In this document: positions 21,919-31,226 of the stretch, piece by piece
Layout: each line of letters opens with the position of its first letter
Position numbering within the stretch: the stretch's first letter is position 1
Assembly: GCA_037481795.1 (NCBI GenBank)
Contig: JBBFLA010000013.1
Location: 3,902 to 67,901 of the forward strand
From: Spirochaetota bacterium
GTDB lineage: Bacteria; Spirochaetota; UBA4802; UB4802
DNA length: 64,000 bases
Reading direction: 5' to 3'
Translations under genes and position numbers: made by a program
The notes under the pieces: generated by a model
The model's input: only the letters and a program-made list of their open reading frames with translations
Database searches by the model: none
Told to the model about the DNA's origin: nothing

Positions 21919-23076
21919 TTATGAAAAATCAATGAACATAAATGCAACATCATCTTTGCGGTCATGAAGTGGCGAAAAATGGTCAAGCGTCTGTAAAAGA
22001 TGCTCACAGAAATCTTCGGGTTTTTCATTGTGTTGTTTTAAAAATTTTGCCAGTCTTTGTTCCCCAAACTCCTCCTTATTCTCATTTTTTATTTCAGTTA
22101 TTCCATCAGTATAGAGGATGCACCTGTCACCTTGTTCAAAATGGATTGTTTTTTGTTCATAAAGTGATTCATCCTGGATACCCAAAAATAAACCGTTGGT
22201 ATCAAGAGCAATAATTTTATCAGAGCTTTTTCTATAATATAGCGGGCGTGTATGCCCTGCATTTGTGAATGAAATTGTTTTTTTCTCAACATCTATGAGC
22301 ATATAGAAAGCTGTAATGTATTGCATATCTAACAGTAATCCACGCATTTCTTCATTAATTTTCATCATTAATTCTTGGGTATTCAATATTTCATAAGCAT
22401 AAATGTTAAAGGTCATCTTTGCCATGCTCATAACCAGCGCAGCCGGAATACCGTGACCAGTAACATCAGCTATAAGTACACCAACTTTTGAATCAGAGAT
22501 TTTGTAGCAATCAAAAAGATCACCACCAATATCTGCAATAGGAAGATATCGTCCGCTAATAGATGGGTATGGAACAAAAGAAAAATCTTTAGGAATGATA
22601 AATTGCTGAAGCCGTTTTGCATATTCCAGTTCTTTTTGAATGAGCTGATTTTTTTCATAGAGTTCATCATGGGCACTTTTTAAGCGAAGCAAGGACTGAA
22701 CTCGTGCTACCAGTTCTTTCTGGTTCAAAGGTTTTAATAAAAAATCATCTGCACCAATGGTTAATCCCTTAATCTTAGAGTTTAAGTCATCAAGGCCCGT
22801 CATAAGTATGACGGGAATAAATTCACTCCCGATGTATTGCTTAAATTGTTCCAGAAAACCAAATCCATCCAGATTGGGCATAACAATATCAACTAAAATT
22901 AAATCAAACTGTTTTGATTTTAATGCGTTGAGCCCTTCAATTCCATCTCCTGCTTCAAAAACATTTATATTATATGCTGAAAGAGTATTTTTTACAATTG
23001 CTCTGTTTAATTTGCTATCATCAATAACCAGTATGTTTTTTGGTATTTCGGTTGAATGAAAAGATTGTAAAATCAT
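21919..23076 (-). CDS. response regulator with PP2C/SpoIIE-type Ser/Thr phosphatase output domain (RsbU-like)
   Basis: Receiver motifs ILVIDDS / LILVDIVMPNLDG. C-terminal PP2C motifs (ADVTGHGIPAAL, TDGITE). Confidence 0.8.
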   Translation of the reverse strand: MILQSFHSTEIPKNILVIDDSKLNRAIVKNTLSAYNINVFEAGDGIEGLNALKSKQFDLILVDIVMPNLDGFGFLEQFKQYIGSEFIPVILMTGLDDLNSKIKGLTIGADDFLLKPLNQKELVARVQSLLRLKSAHDELYEKNQLIQKELEYAKRLQQFIIPKDFSFVPYPSISGRYLPIADIGGDLFDCYKISDSKVGVLIADVTGHGIPAALVMSMAKMTFNIYAYEILNTQELMMKINEEMRGLLLDMQYITAFYMLIDVEKKTISFTNAGHTRPLYYRKSSDKIIALDTNGLFLGIQDESLYEQKTIHFEQGDRCILYTDGITEIKNENKEEFGEQRLAKFLKQHNEKPEDFCEHLLQTLDHFSPLHDRKDDVAFMFIDFS

Positions 23077-23089
23077 AGTACCTGCCCCT

Positions 23090-25270
23090 TCACTTTACTT
23101 TTATTGATGATGAAAAAAGTGCATATTGTTGTTCAATATATGGCCCTGAAGAATATGCAATGTTAATATCTTTAATGATTCTGTATTCTTCATCTTTAAG
23201 TATATTGGGAGCATAAAGAGGGAGATTAATCTGGTCGCAGAATAATCGTAAACCGTTTATAATTTTTATTCTGTCTTTAAAGTAATGGAGATTGCGGACT
23301 ATATGTTCTGACAATATAACCAATGAAAATTCCATAGTAGAAAGTGACTGCAGTAAATTACTCCCGATGTAACAGTTTGAAACAGCAAATTCAATAGGCG
23401 TGGTATTCTTTGACATTAATACCTCATATTGCGGGATAAAAGAGTTTAATTCTATCTCGTCAATAGCTAAAACTATTTTGTCCAGTGAAAGTTTAGCGCA
23501 CACTTCTTGAAGAGTACTTATCTGTACATGAAGGTCTATAGAAGGGATCCAGTTGATGATAAAAGGTAAATGGAATTTGTTAGCCGATACAATATTTGCC
23601 AGTGAAGAAACAAACTGGAAGTAATGATCCTGAGAGGTAATTGCATTTTTTATCATTATATCAAAGAAGTTTTTTGCCGATACCAGCTGCTTGCTGAATA
23701 CATGACCCATTGATCGATTAAATTCAGTATTATATACTGGTAATAAAAAAATATAGTCACTGATATCTTTTTTTGAATGAATTGCCTGCCAAAAAGAGGA
23801 AATAATTTCTGCTTCGTTTGCAAGTGATAGCAGGGGTGAGAAGTTGGATTTAATTGACTTTATTTCCTGAAGTATTTTTCTGGCCAGATGTTTATGGAAT
23901 GGAACAACACCATGGGCATAGTGAATTTCAACATGGTGATGTATTGATTGCAGTGATATATCCAGTACCAGTTCTTTGCAGAGTTTTGTGAATTCTGAAA
24001 CATTAGTTTTTAATGCTGATGGGAACGGAAAGAGGATGGCTATCTCATAATCATAAAGATCGGCAACAGTTACATATCGTTCATACGGAAAATGTATCTC
24101 ACAAATCTTGGGGATGAGCAAAGAAATATTCTCAATATCATATTCAAAATTTTTATATCCTCTATACTGGTAAAAATCAACAAGTGGTAAAACTTTAATT
24201 ATTAAAACACCTATAGCATCTATTGATGTTTCAGATGAAAGCAGGTTTTCAAGGACAACTGGAAGGTAATGATACCCTGTAACCGGTTCATGAAGAAATG
24301 GATCAATGAAGATGTTTTTTATAATTTTATTAGTTTTAATATATTCCCAGAATTTATCGTTTCGGGACATTATTGGACTGAAAGCATAGACACGGTTTCG
24401 TCCATCAGTTTTTGCTGAGTATAATGCCTGATCTGCTCGAGAGAGTAATTCTGATAAATTGGTTCCCATTGAAGGATATTCTGAAATGCCGGCAGAAAAG
24501 CTGACTGAAAATGTTTTGTCAGGGGTATTTGTTTTAAAATTAATGCTTGAAAACTGAAGCCTGATACGGTCAATAATTTTTTTTGCTTCTGTTGCCTGAA
24601 GACCAGGGAAAATAATGACAAACTCTTCACCACCAAATCGTGCGGGGGTATAATTTTCTGATTGCAGTGATTTTAGCATATTGGCTAACTGTATCAGGAC
24701 TATATCCCCCACAGGATGGCCATAGGTATCATTAATATTTTTAAAGTGGTCAATATCTATAATTGCTATTGAAACACAGCTATGAATATTGCTCTCTATC
24801 TCAAAAGAAAAACGACGGAAAAATTCTTTGCGGGTAAATAGGCCAGTGAGGTCGTCGGTTACTGATAATAGATATAGTTCATCATGCTGTATAAGTTTTG
24901 CGTGTACCAGGGAATTCAATTCCTCATTTTTAAATGGTAAAGGTAGATATCCATCGGCACCTGCATCAATAGCTGAAATTCTATCCTGTATTTCATTATT
25001 ATACCCAAAGACTATGCAGGGAACATAACGGGTTATAGAATTTTTCTTTATGAGGCTGACAAGCTCAAACGCATTGATGTCGGTAATATCGGTACCAATT
25101 AAAATTATATGGGGCAATTTGTATGAAATAAGGCTTAAAACTTCCATACCAGTTTTTGTAAGTGTGATAGTATATAAAGAGTCAGAAAAAACCCTGGTAA
25201 TTGTACTGACAGCATCTTCATCTTTTGAAACAATAAAAATCTGATAATTTTTTTCAATTTTTGGTGTCAT
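23090..25270 (-). CDS. response regulator-GGDEF diguanylate cyclase with ~430-aa uncharacterised C-terminal region
   Basis: Receiver domain at the N-terminus. GGDEF core RFGGEEFVIIFPG at about residue 215. Residues ~300-726 match no domain I recognise. Confidence 0.75.
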   Translation of the reverse strand: MTPKIEKNYQIFIVSKDEDAVSTITRVFSDSLYTITLTKTGMEVLSLISYKLPHIILIGTDITDINAFELVSLIKKNSITRYVPCIVFGYNNEIQDRISAIDAGADGYLPLPFKNEELNSLVHAKLIQHDELYLLSVTDDLTGLFTRKEFFRRFSFEIESNIHSCVSIAIIDIDHFKNINDTYGHPVGDIVLIQLANMLKSLQSENYTPARFGGEEFVIIFPGLQATEAKKIIDRIRLQFSSINFKTNTPDKTFSVSFSAGISEYPSMGTNLSELLSRADQALYSAKTDGRNRVYAFSPIMSRNDKFWEYIKTNKIIKNIFIDPFLHEPVTGYHYLPVVLENLLSSETSIDAIGVLIIKVLPLVDFYQYRGYKNFEYDIENISLLIPKICEIHFPYERYVTVADLYDYEIAILFPFPSALKTNVSEFTKLCKELVLDISLQSIHHHVEIHYAHGVVPFHKHLARKILQEIKSIKSNFSPLLSLANEAEIISSFWQAIHSKKDISDYIFLLPVYNTEFNRSMGHVFSKQLVSAKNFFDIMIKNAITSQDHYFQFVSSLANIVSANKFHLPFIINWIPSIDLHVQISTLQEVCAKLSLDKIVLAIDEIELNSFIPQYEVLMSKNTTPIEFAVSNCYIGSNLLQSLSTMEFSLVILSEHIVRNLHYFKDRIKIINGLRLFCDQINLPLYAPNILKDEEYRIIKDINIAYSSGPYIEQQYALFSSSIKVK

Positions 25271-25275
25271 TATTC

Positions 25276-26118
25276 TTAATATCCCAGTGTTTCATTTAAA
25301 ATTTTCAATGCCTCAACCGCTGCCTCATCATACTTTTTACTCTGGTATTGTGATTCCTTGTATGCATAGTTGATACTACTGGAAGCATTGACCCGATGCA
25401 AGCCTTTGTTTTTTGAGTTGTTCAATATTGTGATAATTGCTTCCATGTCACCTCCCTGAGTTCCAATGCCGGGGATGAGAAGTGGAATATCTTTCCCGGA
25501 TTCTTCAAATACTGTGATGATATTATTGAGTTGCTGAGGAAATGTTGCACCTACCACAGCACCAATACCCGGAGTATACCATTCAATAATTTTTTTTGCA
25601 ATTAATATATACAGCGGTTCATTGTTGACAACAAGATCCTGTATTTCTGAAGAACTTTTATTGGAGGTTTTGACAAGAACATAGAAACCTTTTTGGGGAT
25701 AGTTACTGGTAAATGGCTTAATTGAATCAAATCCTAAATATGGTGACAGGGTAACGGCATCGGCATTAAAAAATTCAAAGGCTTCTTTTGCGTAAGCGGT
25801 TGCAGTCTTGCCAATATCACCACGTTTTACATCAAGAATTACTGGAAATCCTTCATTTCTGAATAGGGTGATGACATCACATAATGCATGCACACCTTCA
25901 ATGCCGTACTGTGCATAAAAGGCGTAATTTGGTTTTACACATGCAGGATAAATATGGTATTGCAAACATTTGTTAAGTATACCTTCATAGAAGGCTACAA
26001 TCGTAGTACGTACCGATTCCTTTTTAATGGGAATATCTTCTAGTACCGGGTCAAGCCCCATGCACACAATACTTTTATTTTTCCTGGAGTAATATATGAG
26101 CGATTCACAATAGTTCAT
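25276..26118 (-). CDS. pyrF: orotidine-5'-phosphate decarboxylase, type 2
   Basis: 280 aa. LDVKRGDIGKT catalytic Lys motif. MGLDP N-terminal motif. Confidence 0.7.
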   Translation of the reverse strand: MNYCESLIYYSRKNKSIVCMGLDPVLEDIPIKKESVRTTIVAFYEGILNKCLQYHIYPACVKPNYAFYAQYGIEGVHALCDVITLFRNEGFPVILDVKRGDIGKTATAYAKEAFEFFNADAVTLSPYLGFDSIKPFTSNYPQKGFYVLVKTSNKSSSEIQDLVVNNEPLYILIAKKIIEWYTPGIGAVVGATFPQQLNNIITVFEESGKDIPLLIPGIGTQGGDMEAIITILNNSKNKGLHRVNASSSINYAYKESQYQSKKYDEAAVEALKILNETLGY

Positions 26119-26667
26119 TCACGAAAACTCCTGCAAATGTTTTGTATAGATTGCATAATTCTCATCATCAAAAAGAACAAAATAAACGTCTATCAGAAAA
26201 TTTTCTTTTTCCATGAACTCAATAATAGTTGATAGAGCTATGTTGCATGCTTCATCTTTTGGGTATCCATACACACCGGTGGAAATAGCTGGAAACGCAA
26301 TTGATTTACAGCCATTGTCTTTTGCAAGTCTCAAACTGTTGTAATATGAATTTTTTAAGATAGCAGCCTCATTGTGATTTCCCCCACGGTACACAGGGCC
26401 AGGTGTATGAATGACATGTTTAGCTTTAAGCCTGTAGCCTTTTGTAATTTTAGCCTCACCTGGTTGAGCGCCACCTAATGTCCTGCATTCTTCCAGTAGC
26501 TGTGGGCCGGCGGCACGATGTATTGCGCCATCAACCCCACCACCGCCAAGCAATGAAGGGTTTGCCGCATTAACTATCGCATCAACTTCCATTTTTGTTA
26601 TATCACCCTTTTGGATGTGAATATGTTTAATAATAGTGCTTTTATTTACTGCCATTGGTACCTCCAA
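26119..26667 (-). CDS. macro-domain protein (O-acetyl-ADP-ribose deacetylase-like)
   Basis: GDITKMEVDAIVNAANPSLLGGGGVDGAIHRAAG is the canonical macro-domain ADP-ribose-binding signature. Confidence 0.8.
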   Translation of the reverse strand: MEVPMAVNKSTIIKHIHIQKGDITKMEVDAIVNAANPSLLGGGGVDGAIHRAAGPQLLEECRTLGGAQPGEAKITKGYRLKAKHVIHTPGPVYRGGNHNEAAILKNSYYNSLRLAKDNGCKSIAFPAISTGVYGYPKDEACNIALSTIIEFMEKENFLIDVYFVLFDDENYAIYTKHLQEFS

Positions 26668-26793
26668 TAAATACGTATAGTAAAAAAATTTTTTTACATG
26701 GCAAAAAAAGGTATTATTAATTGATAATAGTATTCACAATATATGTTAAATTCAAGCATATTTATTGAAAATGTTTAAGAGATATATAACACT

Positions 26794-28680
26794 ATGATAC
26801 GGTATTTTGATGTTATCGTTATTGGGGCAGGACATGCAGGGACTGAGGCAGCACTGGCATCAGCACGACGTGGCTTTGCAACGTTATTGTTAACCGGCAA
26901 CCTTGATACTATCTGCCAGATGAGTTGTAACCCTGCCATAGGTGGGCTTGCGAAAGGGCATTTAGTGAAGGAGATTGATGCCTTGGGTGGGGAAATGGGT
27001 CTTGCGATAGATGAAACAGGCATTCATTATAAGATGCTTAATAAAAGCAAAGGACCTGCAGTGTGGGCGCCGCGTGCTCAGGCAGATAAAAAGCAGTATC
27101 AGTTACGCATGAAGGAAGTTCTTGAAAAACAGAAGAATTTATCAGTCATTCAGGACATAGTTGATGCAATTATTGTAGAAGGTGGGCAGGTACAGGGCGT
27201 TGAAACAATACGTGGACAGCAACACGTAGCTAAGGCGGTGATTGTATGTACAGGTACATTTTTAAAAGGGCTGATCCATATTGGTAATTACAATGAAAAG
27301 GCAGGCAGATTAGGTGATTTCTCCGCTGAGAAGCTTTCAGATTCACTGCGTAAGTTAGGATTTCCTGTCAGGCGGTTGAAAACTGGAACTCCCCCCAGGG
27401 TAAATGGCAATTCAATAGATTTCAGCAAATGTGAAGTGCAGCATCCTGATCCACTACCTATCCCTTTTTCGTATAGAACGCATTCCATTAATCGTCCACA
27501 GGTCCCTTGCTATATTACGTATACAACTGAAAAGACACATGCAATTATTACCAATAATCTTCATCTTTCCCCATTATATTCCGGTAAGATACAGGGGATA
27601 GGACCACGGTATTGCCCGTCAATTGAGGATAAAGTTGTCCGTTTTTCTTCACGCAACAGGCATCAACTCTTTTTAGAGCCAGAAGGTTTGCACACCAATG
27701 AGTACTACATTAATGGTTTTTCAAGCTCATTACCTGAAGATGTTCAGTTGCAAATGATAAGAACCATACCTGGGCTGGAAGAAGTGCAGGTTATGCGGCC
27801 TGCATATGCAGTTGAATACGATTATGTGCCTCCCGTGGAATTGTACCACACACTGGAAACAAAAACGGTTAAAGGCTTATACCATGCAGGGCAAATAAAC
27901 GGGACGTCAGGATATGAGGAAGCTGCAGCACAGGGTATCATTGCCGCTATAAATGCATGTAATAAACTGTTAGGGATGCCACCGCTTGTGTTAAAGCGTT
28001 CTGAAGCGTATACTGGAGTACTGATAGATGATCTTGTTACCAAAGGTGCAGACGAACCATACAGGATGTTTACTTCACGGGCAGAATACAGATTACTGCT
28101 GAGGCAGGATAATGCTGATGAACGGTTAATGCGGTATGGGTATGAAATTGGCCTCATTGATAAAGAAGTATATGAGAAGACGGTGGAAAAGTATAAACGA
28201 ATACAGGAACTGACAAATAAAATTAATACAGTATCTATTATGATTGATGAAAAGTTACAGGAAATCCTTAAAAATAAAAATATCGGATTAGAAGAACAAA
28301 GCCAGATACAAGCAGGGAAACTTTTACGGAGACCAGAAATGAGTATTAATGATGTGTTACCGTCTATTCTACAAAGCGATAGTAGCTTTATAATGAGTGA
28401 GCAGGAAGAAAAGATTGTTGAGATGAACATAAAGTATGAAGGCTATATTCGGAAAGACTTAGAGCGTATAAAAAAGCTGGAACAGATGGAAAACAAAAAA
28501 ATACCTGAAACAATTAATTATGATGCAATCATAGGGCTTAAAAATGAAGCACGGGAAAAGCTAAAAAAAATAAGACCTGAAACTATAGGGCAGGCGCTTC
28601 GTATTTCAGGCGTTGATCCTTCGGATATATCAATAGTTCTAGTACATCTTGAATCTTTATACAGAAAACAATCTCATTGA
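26794..28680 (+). CDS. mnmG: tRNA uridine-5-carboxymethylaminomethyl modification enzyme MnmG (GidA)
   Basis: 628 aa. N-terminal FAD fold [14 protein letters not shown]. Full-length conserved GidA architecture. Confidence 0.95.
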   Translation: MIRYFDVIVIGAGHAGTEAALASARRGFATLLLTGNLDTICQMSCNPAIGGLAKGHLVKEIDALGGEMGLAIDETGIHYKMLNKSKGPAVWAPRAQADKKQYQLRMKEVLEKQKNLSVIQDIVDAIIVEGGQVQGVETIRGQQHVAKAVIVCTGTFLKGLIHIGNYNEKAGRLGDFSAEKLSDSLRKLGFPVRRLKTGTPPRVNGNSIDFSKCEVQHPDPLPIPFSYRTHSINRPQVPCYITYTTEKTHAIITNNLHLSPLYSGKIQGIGPRYCPSIEDKVVRFSSRNRHQLFLEPEGLHTNEYYINGFSSSLPEDVQLQMIRTIPGLEEVQVMRPAYAVEYDYVPPVELYHTLETKTVKGLYHAGQINGTSGYEEAAAQGIIAAINACNKLLGMPPLVLKRSEAYTGVLIDDLVTKGADEPYRMFTSRAEYRLLLRQDNADERLMRYGYEIGLIDKEVYEKTVEKYKRIQELTNKINTVSIMIDEKLQEILKNKNIGLEEQSQIQAGKLLRRPEMSINDVLPSILQSDSSFIMSEQEEKIVEMNIKYEGYIRKDLERIKKLEQMENKKIPETINYDAIIGLKNEAREKLKKIRPETIGQALRISGVDPSDISIVLVHLESLYRKQSH

Positions 28681-28730
28681 GTTACTACTATTTGGAAAGG
28701 TATTATTTCGAATATAATTCCTGAGATTCA

Positions 28731-28748
28731 ATGTTCCACGTGGAACAT
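28731..28748. repeat. perfect 18-bp palindrome ATGTTCCACGTGGAACAT (copy 1)
   Basis: Read directly from the sequence. It is self-complementary around a CACGTG core and lies in the ORF-free spacer 50 bp after the mnmG stop. Confidence 0.9.
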
Positions 28749-29835
28749 TATGTCACATCATACTACCCCTCACTAACAAAAGATAAATAAAAAATACTAT
28801 GATTAAAGCTGAAAAAAGGGGTGCAAAGTATCACATAAAATTGACCTGAGTGAGTTGTATTAAAAAATTTTATAAAAGATGAAATTGCTATTACTATTCA
28901 AGCATTAGCAAATCGCGGTGAGATGTATTAATATCTTGTTATTAAAAAGATATTTATTCAAAATGTTCTGTTCTAAGTGTATTTGAGTATGTGCGAAAAC
29001 CAATTAATTGGCGATGATGTGGCAGTGGAATGCAAATATCCATATGATAGCCAAATACACCTCTTATTAGTTAAAAAACAAAAGCCTTAAAGTGAATAGT
29101 ATCAAGCTTGTGGTACAGGGTATTGTTGTATAAAAATGCATGGCAAAGTAAAATAACTGCACGTGCTAAAAAAGATTCTGCAATCACCGGAAAAGATGCT
29201 TACCAATTATTTTTGTCTATCTACTCACAGATGACGTAAGCGGATACTACATACACAGACCAAAGGTGAAGCATTACTCTATAACAACAATAGCATGGTG
29301 CAGTATTAATATAGGACTATAATGTTATAAAAGGAGTTATACAGAAACGAATACTTTTAAATGCGAATATAAAATTGTGTTAAAATATTTTTTTAGGAAG
29401 ATGGAGCATGTTTGCTCAAGACAAGGAGGAATGCTGGAAATTATGTTTAAGCTATTGGTTAAAAATCATCAAAATGTGTGCAATAATGATATAAACTTTG
29501 GGAAAGGTAGTGATACTAATACATTCTATAACTTAAAAAGCTATTAATGGCTGCAGTAATAATGATTACATAAAAAGAAAAACATGAATTCTCAAGTGAA
29601 TTGCAATTATATGAAAATAAAAAGTTGTGTGTATTAAAGTATTTCATCATAATGATACAATATACAAGACGATTAATAAATGCGGCAAATAATATGAAAT
29701 AAATATTGAAAAAAAGAATAATAGTATGAATATAATTATTGTTTTTACTTTAGAAAGATCATTGCACAGAAGTAATATATTCTGTTATAAAAAATCTATG
29801 AATTTATCTATGTCAAATACAAGAGTATACTAATT

Positions 29836-30654
29836 ATGCCAGCTTCAAATACAGTAATCATGCCAGAAGAAATAAACAGAAAGCTGCAGGAATATGCACG
29901 GCTTATACATGAGTATAATAAAACAACTAATATTACGGGATTAAAGGATATTAATTCTATTTATAAAGAACTCATCATAGGGAGCATAACGCCTTTAATG
30001 CATATGAATGTTCCACGTGGAACAACTTTTATAGATATAGGTACAGGCGCAGGAATACCGGGGATTCCGCTTGTGCTGTATTTTGGCGGGAATATGAAAG
30101 GTGTTCTGGTAGATTCAAACAATAAAAAAATTAAATTCCTGTTGAATACAATAGAAGCATTGGGCATAACTGATATCGTTGGGGTAATTCAGGGCAGGGT
30201 AGAAGAGATAGCAAAAGAAAAAGCATATAGGGATAATTTTGATTTTGCGGTGACACGTGCTTTTGCGCATCCAATGATGGCATTAGAGTATGGATTACCT
30301 TTTGTAAAGAAAGGTGGGTGGCTGTATATATATTATGCTCTCAATGTGTATGAAATGGGTATACAAAATAATGAAACCCGGTATACTGATGACGAAGTAA
30401 TAGCAGGGCATGTTGATACCAGACTGTATAAGCCAGAAAAAGCTACCAATAATGATATGGCAGTATTAATTCACTCTTTAAAAAAACATGCACATAATCT
30501 TGGTGGCCATATGGCAACCAAGGAAGAAGCAAAAAATCTTAAACTGTATGAAGGTTGTATCTTTATTAAAGATAGGGATACGCCAGCAAACTATCCGCGA
30601 AAACATGCCATTGTAAAAAGGGAAGTTGAGAAGTTAAGGGATATAAACTCATGA
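29836..30654 (+). CDS. rsmG: 16S rRNA (guanine527-N7)-methyltransferase RsmG (GidB)
   Basis: TNITGL / SITPL / TTFIDIGTGAGIPGIPL SAM-binding motifs typical of RsmG. Its stop overlaps the start of the next gene. Confidence 0.85.
   Translation: MPASNTVIMPEEINRKLQEYARLIHEYNKTTNITGLKDINSIYKELIIGSITPLMHMNVPRGTTFIDIGTGAGIPGIPLVLYFGGNMKGVLVDSNNKKIKFLLNTIEALGITDIVGVIQGRVEEIAKEKAYRDNFDFAVTRAFAHPMMALEYGLPFVKKGGWLYIYYALNVYEMGIQNNETRYTDDEVIAGHVDTRLYKPEKATNNDMAVLIHSLKKHAHNLGGHMATKEEAKNLKLYEGCIFIKDRDTPANYPRKHAIVKREVEKLRDINS
30008..30024. repeat. second copy of the CACGTG palindrome (ATGTTCCACGTGGAACA, 17/18 identical to copy 1) inside rsmG
   Basis: Read directly. The 16-mer TGTTCCACGTGGAACA at 30009-30024 is perfectly self-complementary. 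It encodes N-V-P-R-G-T of RsmG. Confidence 0.9.
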
Positions 30655-31220
30655 ACCATATAAAAACAAAGAAATATTTTCTTGGTATGTTTTTAGTATA
30701 TTTTACGGCTCTGACATGGATTAATGCTCAAATAAATCAAGGACAACTGCGCAGTATGGTGGTAAAAGATGAAACACTGATTGTACCGGGGATTGGGGCG
30801 TCATCTACACTGATTAATATGCCTGAACAGGAAGTTTTATTAATAAAAGGGACTCCTTTTGAAAAAACGCAACATGTTGCACATGATTTTTTTAAGGATG
30901 TATTAAAACTACAATCTGAAATTGCATTACCATTTAATTATTTATATACGTACCGAAATCCATTAACAATCATAGGATTATATAATGGCAGAGTTTCGTT
31001 TGTTGTTGTATGGGGCTCACATGGTATTTTAATTGATGGAATACGCGTATCAAAGGGTATAGCGGCAATAGTATTTAATTATGGTAATGAAGGAATGCAG
31101 GTTCTAAAAGATGAAGATGGGTCAATCTACATGTATAAATCAAAGGGGATTGCTTTTATTGATGAAAAGAGTGATGATACTGTAGATGGGATAATAATTT
31201 TTAAAGGTAGTTCAAATTAA
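30651..31220 (+). CDS. hypothetical secreted protein (189 aa)
   Basis: N-terminal signal peptide (YFLGMFLVYFTALTWINAQ). It is translationally coupled to rsmG (ATGA overlap). No recognised domain. Confidence 0.5.
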   Translation: MNHIKTKKYFLGMFLVYFTALTWINAQINQGQLRSMVVKDETLIVPGIGASSTLINMPEQEVLLIKGTPFEKTQHVAHDFFKDVLKLQSEIALPFNYLYTYRNPLTIIGLYNGRVSFVVVWGSHGILIDGIRVSKGIAAIVFNYGNEGMQVLKDEDGSIYMYKSKGIAFIDEKSDDTVDGIIIFKGSSN

Positions 31221-31226
31221 TAATTG

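Noticed and set aside
27822-28430. 202-aa antisense ORF inside mnmG
   Set aside because: It lies entirely within the highly conserved mnmG coding region on the opposite strand, has Ser/Ile-rich low-complexity composition and no RBS. It is a typical shadow ORF.
28681-29835. Possibility that the mnmG-rsmG spacer is an IS or MITE insertion
   Set aside because: There is no transposase ORF, no obvious terminal inverted repeats beyond the CACGTG palindromes, and no target-site duplication. It is kept as a finding on the palindromes and not called a mobile element.
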